A stretch of DNA of 64,000 nucleotides from Candidatus Omnitrophota bacterium (GCA_041651115.1 JBAZJY010000002.1:73846-137845); one strand, 5' to 3'. Numbered from the stretch's first letter, positions 38,566 through 48,851 are shown. The notes: generated by a model not told the origin, from the letters alone. Program-made: numbers and translations.

Positions 38566-39913
38566 ATTAAGCCTTCCGGTTTTGAATATTTTCGCAGCCT
38601 TGAGCCGGCAAAGGCATTGTTTTTTCCTGGACTCCAGCCTTAATTCCGGCGGCTTAGGCAGGTTTTCCTTTTTGGGCGCTGACCCTTATTTTGTTTTAAG
38701 GACGGATAATAAAAATCCTTTTGCAATAATGCGGCAGTTGCTTGAATGCGGCAGCGCGGCATCTTATCGTAAAAATATCCCGTTCTGGGCGGGGGCAGTG
38801 GGTTATTTGTCTTATGACCTGGGGTTCACGCTGGAGGGCAGCGTTAAAAAAAGAAAAAAGCCTGCCTCCGGAGTTCCGGAATGCGTTTTTGGCTTCTATA
38901 ATACCGCGGTGATCGTTGATCATTATAAGCGGCTGCTTTATGTTTTGTCGCTCGGGCTGCCTGAGAAAAAATCTTCTTTGGTTAAGAAACTGGCAGAACT
39001 TAATTTTAAAAAGCTCCGCAGCTTGCTGGCGCAGGCAGAAACCCGCAGGCATGCCGGTGGGCCGGATGAACTTTTAGGGCACCAGCCGGCGCGGATAAAT
39101 TCGGATTTCAGCCGTAACGATTATATCAAAGCCGTAAAACTGGCAAAAGAATATATCCGCCGCGGCGACATTTATCAAGTCAACCTTAGCCAGCAGTTCA
39201 ACGCGCGATCCGGCCTTTCCGGCCAGGAGATTTACCGCAGGCTGCGGCTTGCCAGCCCGGCTTGTTTTAGCGCGTATTTTGACGCCGGAGATTTTCAGAT
39301 CATCAGTTCTTCTCCGGAAAGGTTCCTCAAACTGGAAAGAGGCGCGGTTTCCACGCGGCCGATGAAAGGCACGCGGCCGCGCGCGGACCAGCCGCTGCTG
39401 GATAAAAAACACAGGCAGGAGCTTTTAGCCAGCGCCAAGGACAAAGCAGAATTGCTGATGATCGTAGATCTAGAGAGGAATGACCTGGGCAGGGTGTGCG
39501 ATTATGGCTCGGTAACTGCCCCGCGTTTAAGGCAGCTGGAAAAATACCGCACGGTATTCCAGACAACTGCTACGGTAACCGGTTCCCTGCATAAAACCAA
39601 AGACCGGCTTGACCTTTTAGAGGCCTGCTTTCCCGGAGGCTCGATCACCGGCTGCCCAAAGATCCGCGCGATGGAAATAATCGAGGAATTGGAGCCTGCG
39701 CGCCGCGGTATCTATACCGGCAGCCTCGGCTATTTAAGTTTTTCCGGGGGTATGGATTTTAATATCATGATCCGCACCATCCTTAAAAAAGGCGACAGGT
39801 TAAGTTTCGGAGCAGGCGGCGGGATTGTTGCCGATTCAGACCCGGCTGCAGAGTACGAAGAAACGCTGATTAAGGCAAAAGGCATGTTTGAAGCGATCGG
39901 CAGGCAGGTATAA
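38537..39913 (+). CDS. pabB: Aminodeoxychorismate synthase component I (chorismate-binding, TrpE/PabB family).
   Basis: C-terminal chorismate-binding motifs (RGIYTGSLGYL; GAGGGIVADSDP). Paired with a downstream class-IV aminotransferase-fold gene. Start uncertain. Confidence 0.7.
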   Translation: MAYYILKSYKLSLPVLNIFAALSRQRHCFFLDSSLNSGGLGRFSFLGADPYFVLRTDNKNPFAIMRQLLECGSAASYRKNIPFWAGAVGYLSYDLGFTLEGSVKKRKKPASGVPECVFGFYNTAVIVDHYKRLLYVLSLGLPEKKSSLVKKLAELNFKKLRSLLAQAETRRHAGGPDELLGHQPARINSDFSRNDYIKAVKLAKEYIRRGDIYQVNLSQQFNARSGLSGQEIYRRLRLASPACFSAYFDAGDFQIISSSPERFLKLERGAVSTRPMKGTRPRADQPLLDKKHRQELLASAKDKAELLMIVDLERNDLGRVCDYGSVTAPRLRQLEKYRTVFQTTATVTGSLHKTKDRLDLLEACFPGGSITGCPKIRAMEIIEELEPARRGIYTGSLGYLSFSGGMDFNIMIRTILKKGDRLSFGAGGGIVADSDPAAEYEETLIKAKGMFEAIGRQV

Positions 39914-39914
39914 T

Positions 39915-40661
39915 ATGGAAGAAATAGATTTTGGCATTTTTGAAACAATGCGTTCCCGTAACAAGAAAATCATTTATTTTAACCGGCATCTGGAGCGGAT
40001 GAGAAAATCCGCAAAGGCCCTCGGCTTAAGCATTCCGTACTCATCGGCAGAGATAAAACGCCTTATTGCAGAAGCAGTTAAGCAATGCAGGGCCAAAGAC
40101 GTCCGCCTGCGATTAGTTCTTTGTGCCGGCAAGGGAAAGAGCAGGTTGACGGTCTCGGCAAAAAAATATCAGCCGCCTGCTCCGGAAAAATATAAGCGAG
40201 GTTACTCCGTCTGTATTTCCGATTTAAGACAGGCAGAAAATTCTTTTCTTGCGCGCCTGAAGCTGGTAAGCCGGATACCCTACGAGCTTTCCTATCGGCA
40301 GGCAAAGGACAAGAATTTCGACGAAGCGATCATCCTGAATAACCGCGGCTATATTTGCGAGGCAAGCCGCAGCAATATATTTTTTATAAAAGGCAGCACC
40401 CTATTTACTCCCTCGCTTGAATGTTCCTGTTTGCCGGGCATCAGCCGCCGGGTAGTTTTTGATATCGCCGCAAAAAACAAGATCCCGGTATATGAAGGAA
40501 AATTCACCATCGCTGACCTAGCCAATGCCGACGCGGCGTTCCTTACCAATTCCCTGATCGGGGTCATGCCGCTGACAAAAATAGAGAACAAGCCGATAAA
40601 TAAGCGCCGTCCCCATCCGTTAATCCGCCTCTTTATGCATCGCTACGCCAGCCTTGTTTAG
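39915..40661 (+). CDS. pabC: Aminodeoxychorismate lyase / class IV aminotransferase-fold protein.
   Basis: Fold IV size and motifs (NIFF..G); adjacent to pabB. Confidence 0.65.
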   Translation: MEEIDFGIFETMRSRNKKIIYFNRHLERMRKSAKALGLSIPYSSAEIKRLIAEAVKQCRAKDVRLRLVLCAGKGKSRLTVSAKKYQPPAPEKYKRGYSVCISDLRQAENSFLARLKLVSRIPYELSYRQAKDKNFDEAIILNNRGYICEASRSNIFFIKGSTLFTPSLECSCLPGISRRVVFDIAAKNKIPVYEGKFTIADLANADAAFLTNSLIGVMPLTKIENKPINKRRPHPLIRLFMHRYASLV

Positions 40662-40681
40662 AGCCATGGTTTCTGTTATAA
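40647..40681 (+). promoter_or_regulatory. Candidate promoter with an extended -10 (TTGTTT-17-TGTTATAAT) upstream of the lipoprotein gene.
   Basis: Read directly. RBS GGAGG lies before the ATG at 40706. Confidence 0.3.
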
Positions 40682-40705
40682 TTTAGGCTAAATTACGGAG
40701 GTATC

Positions 40706-43075
40706 ATGCCCTTAAGATTACTTTTAGCCGCGTTTATTTTTGTCAATCTGGCCGGATGCAACGCAAAAACCGACCTAGACGAAGCGCGGCAGGCAGTGCA
40801 GCAGTCCAATGTTTCATACATCCGCGCCGCAAAAGCTTATCAAGCCGCGATTTCCCGCGCTAAAGGCAGCGAACAATTAAACCAACTGCATTTTGAACTT
40901 GGCCGGCTCTATCACAGCCGCGGCGATCTAAAAGCCGCTGTTGAAGAGCTCAAAAAAACAAGCCGGCCTGAGGCAGCCAAGCTTATTGCGCTTTCTTATT
41001 TTCGGTTGGGAGACTTTACCGACGCGCTGGAGGCGTTCAATAATCTTAAAGAGCCCGACGACGAAACGCGCTATTACCACGGCCTGACCTGCGAGCGGCT
41101 TAATCTTTATGACCAGGCATTGGATATTTACCGCCAAATAAAGGCAGGACAATTTTCGCGGCTTGCCTCCGGACGCGCCGGCATGATCGAAAGGAAGGCC
41201 GGTCCGGCGTTGATCAAGGATATTGACCCGCGAGCCGCCAAAATAATCGCCGGGGCGCCGGCAGACGAAGAGTACCCTCAGGCAGGGGGACTGATTTTAT
41301 CCTGCGACGAGCGCATTGAAGTTACCGATAAAGATACCCAGATCGCCAGCCTGCATTATATAATTAAAATACTTAACGAGCGCGGCAAAGAAGATTTTTC
41401 CGAAGCCCAGATAGAGTATGATACCACCTATGAGAAGATCGAGTTGGAATATGCCCGCACGATCAAGCCCGACGGCACGGTTGTGGACGTGGGCAGCCGC
41501 CATATCCGCGATGTTTCCAGATACCTGAATTTCCCGCTTTACAGCAATGTCCACGTTTATATTATTTCTTTTCCCGAGATCGCCGAAGGCGCGGCAGTAG
41601 AGTATAAGCTTAAGATCTACCGTAATAAATTGATCAACAAAAACGACTTTGTACTGGATTACCCCCTGCAGACATCTGCCCCGGTGATTTCCGCGGATTT
41701 CTTGCTGGCTGTTCCGGCATCAAGCGATATAAATATAAAAACGCTGAATGAAAAATACAATAATTTTAACGCCGACCTAAAGCCGGCGATTGAACAAACT
41801 TCCGGGCGTAAGGTTTATCGCTGGCAGTTTAAGAACATTCCCCAGATCATCCCCGAAACAGACATGCCGGCAGCAGTCCAGATTAATCCGACGATCCTTA
41901 TTTCTACCTTTAAAACCTGGGAAGATATCCATAAGTGGTGGTGGGCATTGGCTAAGGACAAAATAAAGGCCGACGAAGCAACAAAAAACAAGGCCCGCGA
42001 ATTAACGCAGAAAGTTTCCTCGGAAGAAGAAAAGATCCGGGCAATATACAATTTTTGTGCGCAAAAAATACGTTATGTTGCGGTTGAATACGGCCAGGCA
42101 GGCTATGAGCCGCATAAGGCAGAGGATATCTTCCGGAACAAATACGGCGACTGCAAGGACCAGGCAATACTCCTGGTAACAATGCTTAAGGAGATAGGCG
42201 TAGAAGCATATCCCGTATTGATCCCCACGCGCGAGGCTTATAACCTGGATCCGGATTTTCCTTCTATGATGTTCAACCACTGCATTGCCGCCGTAGTGCT
42301 TGAGGATAAAGTCGTATTTCTTGACCCTACGGCTGAAACCTGTTCTTTCGGCGACCTGCCTGCGGATGACCAAAACCGGCAGGTGCTCATATTTAAAGAC
42401 GGAAAATACGAGATCGCGGCCACGCCGCTTTATCCGGCCGGGCACAATTCAGCCAAGCAGGTCATAGAGATAAAGATCCACAGCGAAGAGAATATTGCCG
42501 CTGAAAAAACAGTTTTCACGCACGGCATGTACGACCAGGCCCAGCGCTATTGGCTGTTATATACCCCTCCGCAGCTGGTTGAAGAAGTGCTGAAACAAAA
42601 GATACAGGAAATTTCCATCGGCAGCCAGCTTGAAAATTACAATATTGATAATTTAAACGACCTGAATAAACCGGTAGTCCTGAAATATGCTTTTAAAGGC
42701 AAAGAATACCTTACTGTCGCGGGGAAGTTAATGATCCTGCCGCAGTTGACAGGGATTGATTCCGGCATTGTTGCAAAGGACAGCCGCCGTTTCCCTATTG
42801 ATTTTAACGTCCTGGAAAGCAAGGAAACGGATTTTAGTATTGCATTACCGGACGGTTTTAAGGTCAAGTATATGCCTGAGAGCGTCAGCGAAGACAGCCC
42901 GTGGCTGAAGTTCAGCGCCGCTTACAGGCAGGACGGCAAGAATATATATTTTCTGCAAAGAATGGAAATGAAAAATACGCTTGTAACTGAAACGGAATAC
43001 CCCGCATTCAAAAATTTTATTGAGCGGCTGGCAAAAAAGATCAAGCAAAGGATCGTGTTGGAAAGGAACAAGTAG
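40706..43075 (+). CDS. Lipoprotein with N-terminal TPR-like repeats, a DUF3857-like region and a transglutaminase-like cysteine-protease core.
   Basis: Lipobox LAGC at the signal-peptide end; YGDCKDQAILLVTMLKEIGVEAYPVLI matches the transglutaminase-core Cys motif. Confidence 0.65.
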   Translation: MPLRLLLAAFIFVNLAGCNAKTDLDEARQAVQQSNVSYIRAAKAYQAAISRAKGSEQLNQLHFELGRLYHSRGDLKAAVEELKKTSRPEAAKLIALSYFRLGDFTDALEAFNNLKEPDDETRYYHGLTCERLNLYDQALDIYRQIKAGQFSRLASGRAGMIERKAGPALIKDIDPRAAKIIAGAPADEEYPQAGGLILSCDERIEVTDKDTQIASLHYIIKILNERGKEDFSEAQIEYDTTYEKIELEYARTIKPDGTVVDVGSRHIRDVSRYLNFPLYSNVHVYIISFPEIAEGAAVEYKLKIYRNKLINKNDFVLDYPLQTSAPVISADFLLAVPASSDINIKTLNEKYNNFNADLKPAIEQTSGRKVYRWQFKNIPQIIPETDMPAAVQINPTILISTFKTWEDIHKWWWALAKDKIKADEATKNKARELTQKVSSEEEKIRAIYNFCAQKIRYVAVEYGQAGYEPHKAEDIFRNKYGDCKDQAILLVTMLKEIGVEAYPVLIPTREAYNLDPDFPSMMFNHCIAAVVLEDKVVFLDPTAETCSFGDLPADDQNRQVLIFKDGKYEIAATPLYPAGHNSAKQVIEIKIHSEENIAAEKTVFTHGMYDQAQRYWLLYTPPQLVEEVLKQKIQEISIGSQLENYNIDNLNDLNKPVVLKYAFKGKEYLTVAGKLMILPQLTGIDSGIVAKDSRRFPIDFNVLESKETDFSIALPDGFKVKYMPESVSEDSPWLKFSAAYRQDGKNIYFLQRMEMKNTLVTETEYPAFKNFIERLAKKIKQRIVLERNK

Positions 43076-43079
43076 TTTT

Positions 43080-45011
43080 ATGGAAAGCAGCGCCTTATCG
43101 CAGCAGTCCCGCAAATATATCCGTTTGGACTCGGTATTCCCGGTTGAATTTCAGGTAATCGGGTTAGACGACGCAACCCGGATGTCCGAATGGCTGCAGG
43201 GTTTTACCCGTAACGTCAGCAAAGGCGGCATTTGCCTTGAAGTAAACCGCCTGCCTGCTGATGTGGCGGCGCTCTTGCGCAGCCGGCAAGCGAAATTGTC
43301 GTTAAAAATAGAAATGCCTGTTTTACGCAGCCCCGTTCCCGCCGTTGCCAACATCGTCTGGATAAAAGAGCCGGAGGGCCATGATCAGAAGTATGTGATC
43401 GGCTTAAGCTATGAAGAGATTGACAGGTGCCAGAATTCAAAGATCATGTTCCAGGCGCGGCTGAAAAAAATAATCCTTCCCGTAGCCGCAGCGATCATCC
43501 TGATCTTGGCATCTGCCTTTTTACTGGGCACTTACTTTAATATGAAATTGGTCCGCGGCAACAAAGCTGCCGTGGAGCAGCTTGTTAAGACCATCCAGGA
43601 ATCAAGCTTTGCCAAGCAAAAAATAAGAGAGATCACCGGAGACCGGGAGGAGTTGCTGTCAAAGATCCAGGCTCTGCAGTTGCGCATAGAAACGGTTGAA
43701 AACGAGAAAGCAAGAGCCGAACAGGAAAAGATCGTGCAGGCCGGGTTCAGCCCGGATATCCACGTGGGAAAGCTGATGCAAGAAAAGTCAGCGCTGGAGG
43801 ATAGCCTTATCCGGCTGCAGCAGAAAGAGAGCGCGATCGCCGAAGAATTGCTGCAGCTTGACCAACGCAAGGCCAGGCTTGAGAAAACGAATCTGGATAA
43901 AATGTACCACTGGCTGGCGATCCATCAAAACCACCGCACCGGCCTGGTAATGAGCTTTGAAGGAGACGGCGAGCTGACCAATTGGGCGTTTGTTTATGAC
44001 CAGTCCCTGGCAGCCCAGGCGTATTTAATTTTATCCGATTTTGAACGGGCAAAAAAAGTGCTGGCCTTTTTTGCCAAGAAAGCGCAAAGGAGCGACGGAT
44101 TATTTTATAACGCTTATTATTCCAACGATTCCACTCCCGCAGAATTTACCGTGCATTGCGGCCCAAACCTCTGGCTGGGCATCGCGATCATCCAGTATTC
44201 CGAGAAGACAAAAGACAACACGTTCATGAAGCTGGCAGAAGAGATCGCGCAGGCGATCATCAGGCTGCAAATGGAAGATCAGGACGGCGGGTTAAGGGGC
44301 GGGCCAAATGTCGAATGGTATTCTACGGAGCATAACCTTGACGCTTACGCGTTTTTTAACATGCTTTATAAGCGCACGGGTAAAAGTCAATATCGCGACA
44401 GCCGGGATAAAATACTGCATTGGCTGAATATACATACTTACGATAAGGAGGATGTCCCGGTCATCCGCGGCAAGGGCGATGCTACGATTGCCACAGATAC
44501 TTATGCCTGGTCCATTGCCGCCATCGGGCCGCAAAAACTGGAAGAGATCGGCATGAATCCCGATATGATCATGGATTTTGCCGAGAAGAACTGCGCGGTG
44601 GAGGTAGATTATATCCGGCCGGAAGGCAAGGCCGTCAAGATCAAGGGTTTTGATTTTGCCCCGCAGAGGCACCTTGGCCGGGGCGGAGTTGTTTCTGCGG
44701 AATGGACCTCGCAGATGGTCATATCCTTTAAGATCATGGCTGATTTTTACTATAAGAAAAAAATGCCGGCTAAGGCGCGCGGTTATGAATTAAAGGCTGA
44801 CAATTACCTGACCGGCCTCGGCAATATGATCATTTCCAGCCCTTCTCCGTCGGGGCAAGGCGACAGCTGCCTGCCTTACGCAACTCAGGAAAACGTAGAT
44901 ACCGGCCACGGCTGGATGACGCCTAAGGGTAAGACTACCGGATCGGTAGCCGGCACAGCATATACACTTTTTGCGTATTATAATTATAATCCGCTGAAGC
45001 TGAAAGAATGA
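43080..45011 (+). CDS. PilZ-domain protein with a TM segment, a coiled coil and a C-terminal (alpha/alpha)6-barrel-like domain.
   Basis: RxxxR (RKYIR) and N/DxSxxG (RNVSKGG) c-di-GMP-binding motifs. One TM (ILPVAAAIILILASAFLL) and a long heptad region. Confidence 0.6.
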   Translation: MESSALSQQSRKYIRLDSVFPVEFQVIGLDDATRMSEWLQGFTRNVSKGGICLEVNRLPADVAALLRSRQAKLSLKIEMPVLRSPVPAVANIVWIKEPEGHDQKYVIGLSYEEIDRCQNSKIMFQARLKKIILPVAAAIILILASAFLLGTYFNMKLVRGNKAAVEQLVKTIQESSFAKQKIREITGDREELLSKIQALQLRIETVENEKARAEQEKIVQAGFSPDIHVGKLMQEKSALEDSLIRLQQKESAIAEELLQLDQRKARLEKTNLDKMYHWLAIHQNHRTGLVMSFEGDGELTNWAFVYDQSLAAQAYLILSDFERAKKVLAFFAKKAQRSDGLFYNAYYSNDSTPAEFTVHCGPNLWLGIAIIQYSEKTKDNTFMKLAEEIAQAIIRLQMEDQDGGLRGGPNVEWYSTEHNLDAYAFFNMLYKRTGKSQYRDSRDKILHWLNIHTYDKEDVPVIRGKGDATIATDTYAWSIAAIGPQKLEEIGMNPDMIMDFAEKNCAVEVDYIRPEGKAVKIKGFDFAPQRHLGRGGVVSAEWTSQMVISFKIMADFYYKKKMPAKARGYELKADNYLTGLGNMIISSPSPSGQGDSCLPYATQENVDTGHGWMTPKGKTTGSVAGTAYTLFAYYNYNPLKLKE

Positions 45012-45640
45012 ACAAGGAGCTGAACTCTATTTATAATAAGTTATACAAGGCCTTTGGCCCGCAGAAATGGTGGCCGGCAGAAACAGCTTTTGAGGTGATG
45101 GTGGGAGCGATCCTCACCCAGAATACCAGCTGGACTAACGTGGAAAAAGCGATTGCCAGCCTAAAAAAACATAAAGCGCTGGATTCGCGCAAGCTGCGCC
45201 GCCTAAGCCACAAGCAGTTAAGCCGGCTGATTAAGCCGGCAGGTTACTATAACATTAAGGCAAAACGGCTGAAGAATTTTCTTGATTTCTTATTCGGCGC
45301 GTATAAGGCCGACATCAGAAAAATGTCAGCTGTTGACACCGATATTTTGCGCGGGCAATTGCTGTCGGTAAACGGCATTGGCCCGGAAACAGCGGATTCA
45401 ATCCTGCTTTATGCCTTGAACAAGCCGGTGTTCGTAGTCGATGCTTACACTAAGAGGATCATCGGCAGGCACAAGCTGATAAAAGAGTCTAGCGGATACG
45501 ACGAGGTGCAGAAGCTGTTTATGTCCGGCCTTAAGAAGGAAGAAAAAATATTTAACGAATATCACGCGCTTCTGGTAAAATTAGCTAAGGACTTCTGTTT
45601 AAAGTCAAAGCCAAAATGCGAAAAATGCCCGATAAAATAA
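45008..45640 (+). CDS. HhH-GPD superfamily base-excision DNA glycosylase (endonuclease III-related).
   Basis: HhH motif LLSVNGIGPETADSIL, a catalytic Asp (VVDAY) and a C-terminal Cys cluster. Confidence 0.7.
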   Translation: MNKELNSIYNKLYKAFGPQKWWPAETAFEVMVGAILTQNTSWTNVEKAIASLKKHKALDSRKLRRLSHKQLSRLIKPAGYYNIKAKRLKNFLDFLFGAYKADIRKMSAVDTDILRGQLLSVNGIGPETADSILLYALNKPVFVVDAYTKRIIGRHKLIKESSGYDEVQKLFMSGLKKEEKIFNEYHALLVKLAKDFCLKSKPKCEKCPIK

Positions 45641-46965
45641 AAAAAGAAAAAAGCCGGCTATGGAAAAGATTATACCGGGATTTTTCTTTAGGCCCTGCCA
45701 GGATAGAAAGGTTCATCAGCCAGATGCACGCGGAAATGGATGCCGGGCTGGCCGGCAGGAAAAGTTCGCTGGAGATGCTGCCGGCATTCGTGGATATCCC
45801 GTCGGGAAAAGAAAAGGGAAGGTTTATCGCCCTTGACCTGGGAGGCACAAACTTTCGCTTGCTTGAACTCCGGCTTAAAGGAAACGGCAGGATAAAAAAG
45901 CTTAAAGAAAAAAAATTCATCTTAAAAGATAGTTACATTAAGGGCAACGGAGAAGAGCTTTTTGATTTTTTTGCCGGCTGCATCAAAGATTTTTCCGGCA
46001 GCGCGAGCTGCGACATCGGATTCACTTTTTCTTTTCCGGTCAGACAGAAGGCCGTTGCTTCAGGCATACTTTTATATTGGACAAAGGGGTTTTCCGCCAC
46101 AGGCGTTGTCGGTAAAGACGTGGTAGCCATGCTTAATGAAGCACTGGCACAAAAGGGGCTAACAGGCATAAAAGTTTCCGCGCTGGTCAATGATACCGTA
46201 GGCACGCTGGTTAGCCGGGCTTATCAAGACCATAGCTGTGATACCTCGGTGATCCTGGGCACAGGGACAAATGCCTGTTACCGCGAAAAATTTTCCCGTA
46301 TTGCCAAATGGAAGGGCGCAGGAACAAAAAGCGGCTATATGCTGGTGAATACGGAGTGGGGGAATTTCAATAAGGTTGATGTTACGGTTTATGACCGCAT
46401 GCTTGATAACGCCTCGGAAAATCCCGGCTATCATCTTTTAGAAAAAATGATTTCCGGTATGTACCTGGGAGAACTTGTCCGGCTGGTCATGTTGGATACG
46501 GCAAAGCAGGGTATTTTATTTTGCGGCAAAATGCCCGCGGTATTAAGATCAAGGCGTAGTTTTAAAACCGAAAACATGTCTTGCATTGCCGCTGATCAGA
46601 CCGCCAGCCTGGTAAAAACCGAAGCATTATTACGCAAGCTGGGGGTTATTGGTTCATCTTACGCAGATCGCAGGCAGATCAAAGAAATATGCAACTTAAT
46701 AGCCAGCCGCAGCGCCCTCTTAAGCGCAGCTGCTCTGGCGGCAATAATTTTAAAAGTTGATCCGCGCGTCTTGCGCAAACACACGGTTGCTGTTGACGGG
46801 ACAGTATACGAAAAATACCCGGGCTTTGCCAAAAAGATCAGGGTCGGGCTAGGGCAGATACTCGGCAACAAGGCCAAAAAAATAAAAATAGCTTTAACCA
46901 AAGACGGTTCAGGCACAGGCGCTGCAATTATTGCCGCAATATCAAAGGAGGAAGGTTATGCGTAA
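45616..46965 (+). CDS. Hexokinase-family sugar kinase (eukaryote-type).
   Basis: Signature LEMLPAFV..GKEKGRFIALDLGGTNFRLL plus other hexokinase motifs (e.g. GTGTNACY). Confidence 0.8.
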   Translation: MRKMPDKIKKEKSRLWKRLYRDFSLGPARIERFISQMHAEMDAGLAGRKSSLEMLPAFVDIPSGKEKGRFIALDLGGTNFRLLELRLKGNGRIKKLKEKKFILKDSYIKGNGEELFDFFAGCIKDFSGSASCDIGFTFSFPVRQKAVASGILLYWTKGFSATGVVGKDVVAMLNEALAQKGLTGIKVSALVNDTVGTLVSRAYQDHSCDTSVILGTGTNACYREKFSRIAKWKGAGTKSGYMLVNTEWGNFNKVDVTVYDRMLDNASENPGYHLLEKMISGMYLGELVRLVMLDTAKQGILFCGKMPAVLRSRRSFKTENMSCIAADQTASLVKTEALLRKLGVIGSSYADRRQIKEICNLIASRSALLSAAALAAIILKVDPRVLRKHTVAVDGTVYEKYPGFAKKIRVGLGQILGNKAKKIKIALTKDGSGTGAAIIAAISKEEGYA

Positions 46966-47638
46966 GTTGATCATTACCCTGGCGATCATTTTAAGTTTAA
47001 CGGCGGTATCTTATGCGGCGCCTTGTTACGGCACAAAACTGCCCGAAAAACACAAATTCTTTGCCAGTTTTGAATCGTATTCTCTTTTTAAGCGGTATCT
47101 GGAAGACAGCCAGGGCAAAGTACGTTCGCAGCAGCAATTTTACGGCATGTCTTTCGGCGTATTTGACTGGCTTTCCATTGACCTGAAGGCAGGGGGCGGC
47201 AATGTTAAGCAGCATCCCCTTGGCAGCGACGAAGTAGATTATTCATCCAGCTTTGCCGGAGGATACGGCTTGCGCGTAAAATTCTTTGACAAAAATAATA
47301 TGAAGGCGGTCCTGGGGTTCCAGCATATCTGCGTCCACCCCAAAAGCACGCATTTGGGCGACATAAGGAATAAAACGATCCTGGATGATTGGCAATGGTC
47401 ATTGCTCGGGTCCTATGGGTTCAAACACTTGACGCCATATCTGGGCGTAAGGTGGTCAAGGGTTGATTATATCCACTGGGTAGGCGATAATAAAAAACGC
47501 GTGATGTCGGATTTTACCAAAAGCGTGGGTCTGGTCTATGGTTTTGACATCCTTTTAACAGAAAAATTCTGGCTCAACATCGAAGGTTCCAGCTTTGACA
47601 GCGACGCATTAGCAGTCAGCATAAATTACGCGTTTTAA
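46958..47638 (+). CDS. Putative outer-membrane beta-barrel protein.
   Basis: Signal peptide, alternating amphipathic strands, and a C-terminal aromatic residue (..INYAF). Confidence 0.45.
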   Translation: MRKLIITLAIILSLTAVSYAAPCYGTKLPEKHKFFASFESYSLFKRYLEDSQGKVRSQQQFYGMSFGVFDWLSIDLKAGGGNVKQHPLGSDEVDYSSSFAGGYGLRVKFFDKNNMKAVLGFQHICVHPKSTHLGDIRNKTILDDWQWSLLGSYGFKHLTPYLGVRWSRVDYIHWVGDNKKRVMSDFTKSVGLVYGFDILLTEKFWLNIEGSSFDSDALAVSINYAF

Positions 47639-47642
47639 GATT

Positions 47643-47718
47643 AGGGACGGTTCTGGGCCAAAGCGAAAAGTGTCCCCAAAAGCAAGACACTTTTCCCTTT
47701 GTCCGCAGAACCGTCCCT
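47643..47718 (+). terminator. Nested perfect hairpins (outer 13-bp AGGGACGGTTCTG/CAGAACCGTCCCT; inner 8-bp AAAGTGTC/GACACTTT). A terminator or structured regulatory RNA between the OMP gene and the M20 peptidase gene.
   Basis: Read directly. Confidence 0.4.
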
Positions 47719-47729
47719 ACCACGACTTT

Positions 47730-48851
47730 ATGATAAATAAACAGAGGTTAGTAAGATTATTGCAGCAGTTGATCCGCATAGATTCGCAGAATCCCGGGTC
47801 AACGGAAAAAGAGATCGCGTTTTTTGTTGCCGGGTACCTGCGCAAGCTCGGCCTGGTTACCAGGATATACGCGTTTAAAAAAGACCGCTCAAATTTGCTC
47901 GCCTACCTGAAAGGCCGCGGCAGCAAATCGCTTTTGATCACGCCCCATCTTGACACTGTACCCGCGGGAAGGAACTGGAACTTTTTGCCCTTTGGCGCAA
48001 CGATCAAAAATAACCGGATATACGGCCTGGGCGCTACCGATTGCAAATGCAATCTTGCCGCAGGCATGGAAGCGATTAATAGTTTAGTTGAAGATAAGGA
48101 AGTTTTAGATTATAATCTGGTCTTTGCCGCTACGGCAGATGAAGAGACCGGCTCGGATCGCGGCCTGATACCGCTGATAAATAAAGGCATATTAAAGCCG
48201 GACGCGGCGGTAGTATTGGACGCAGATGACTTTGAGATCGTGGTCGCGCAAAAAGGCCTGATCCATTTAAAGGTAAAAATTTCCGGTAAAAAAGCGCATG
48301 GCGCTTATCCGTGGCGCGGAATCAATGCCATTGCGATTGCCGTGGATATTTTGAAAGACCTCAAGGCGTATAAGTTTAAATATACGAAGAATAAATACCT
48401 GAAGCCGCCGACGGTAAATATCGGCACGATCCGTGGCGGGGACAAGGTTAACATCGTTGCCGATTGGTGCGAATTTGAATTGGATTTCCGTTTTTTGCCG
48501 GGGATGCGCGCGGAAAAGATCATCAGTGATCTAAAAAAGATCATCGGCAGGCGTGCCAGGAAATATAAAATTGAAATCTCCGGCATACAAAAAGATTATC
48601 GCATAGACAGCAGGCATCCTTTAGTAAGCAGCCTTAGCGCCGCGTTCAAGCGCTGCGGTATCAGGCCGGATGTTTCCGGCTCAGAAGGCGCGACCACGAT
48701 AACGTTCTTTCAGGATAAAAATATCCCGGCGATTGCCACGGGCTTCGGGGCAGCGGGATGCGCGCATACGGTTGACGAATACGTAAAGATTGAAGACCTT
48801 TATAAGGGCAGCCGCGCACTGGAAGAATTTTTAAAAAGGTATAAATTCTGA
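47730..48851 (+). CDS. M20-family metallopeptidase (ArgE/DapE-like).
   Basis: Metal-binding motifs HLDTVP and ADEETG, and a dimerisation domain. Confidence 0.8.
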   Translation: MINKQRLVRLLQQLIRIDSQNPGSTEKEIAFFVAGYLRKLGLVTRIYAFKKDRSNLLAYLKGRGSKSLLITPHLDTVPAGRNWNFLPFGATIKNNRIYGLGATDCKCNLAAGMEAINSLVEDKEVLDYNLVFAATADEETGSDRGLIPLINKGILKPDAAVVLDADDFEIVVAQKGLIHLKVKISGKKAHGAYPWRGINAIAIAVDILKDLKAYKFKYTKNKYLKPPTVNIGTIRGGDKVNIVADWCEFELDFRFLPGMRAEKIISDLKKIIGRRARKYKIEISGIQKDYRIDSRHPLVSSLSAAFKRCGIRPDVSGSEGATTITFFQDKNIPAIATGFGAAGCAHTVDEYVKIEDLYKGSRALEEFLKRYKF

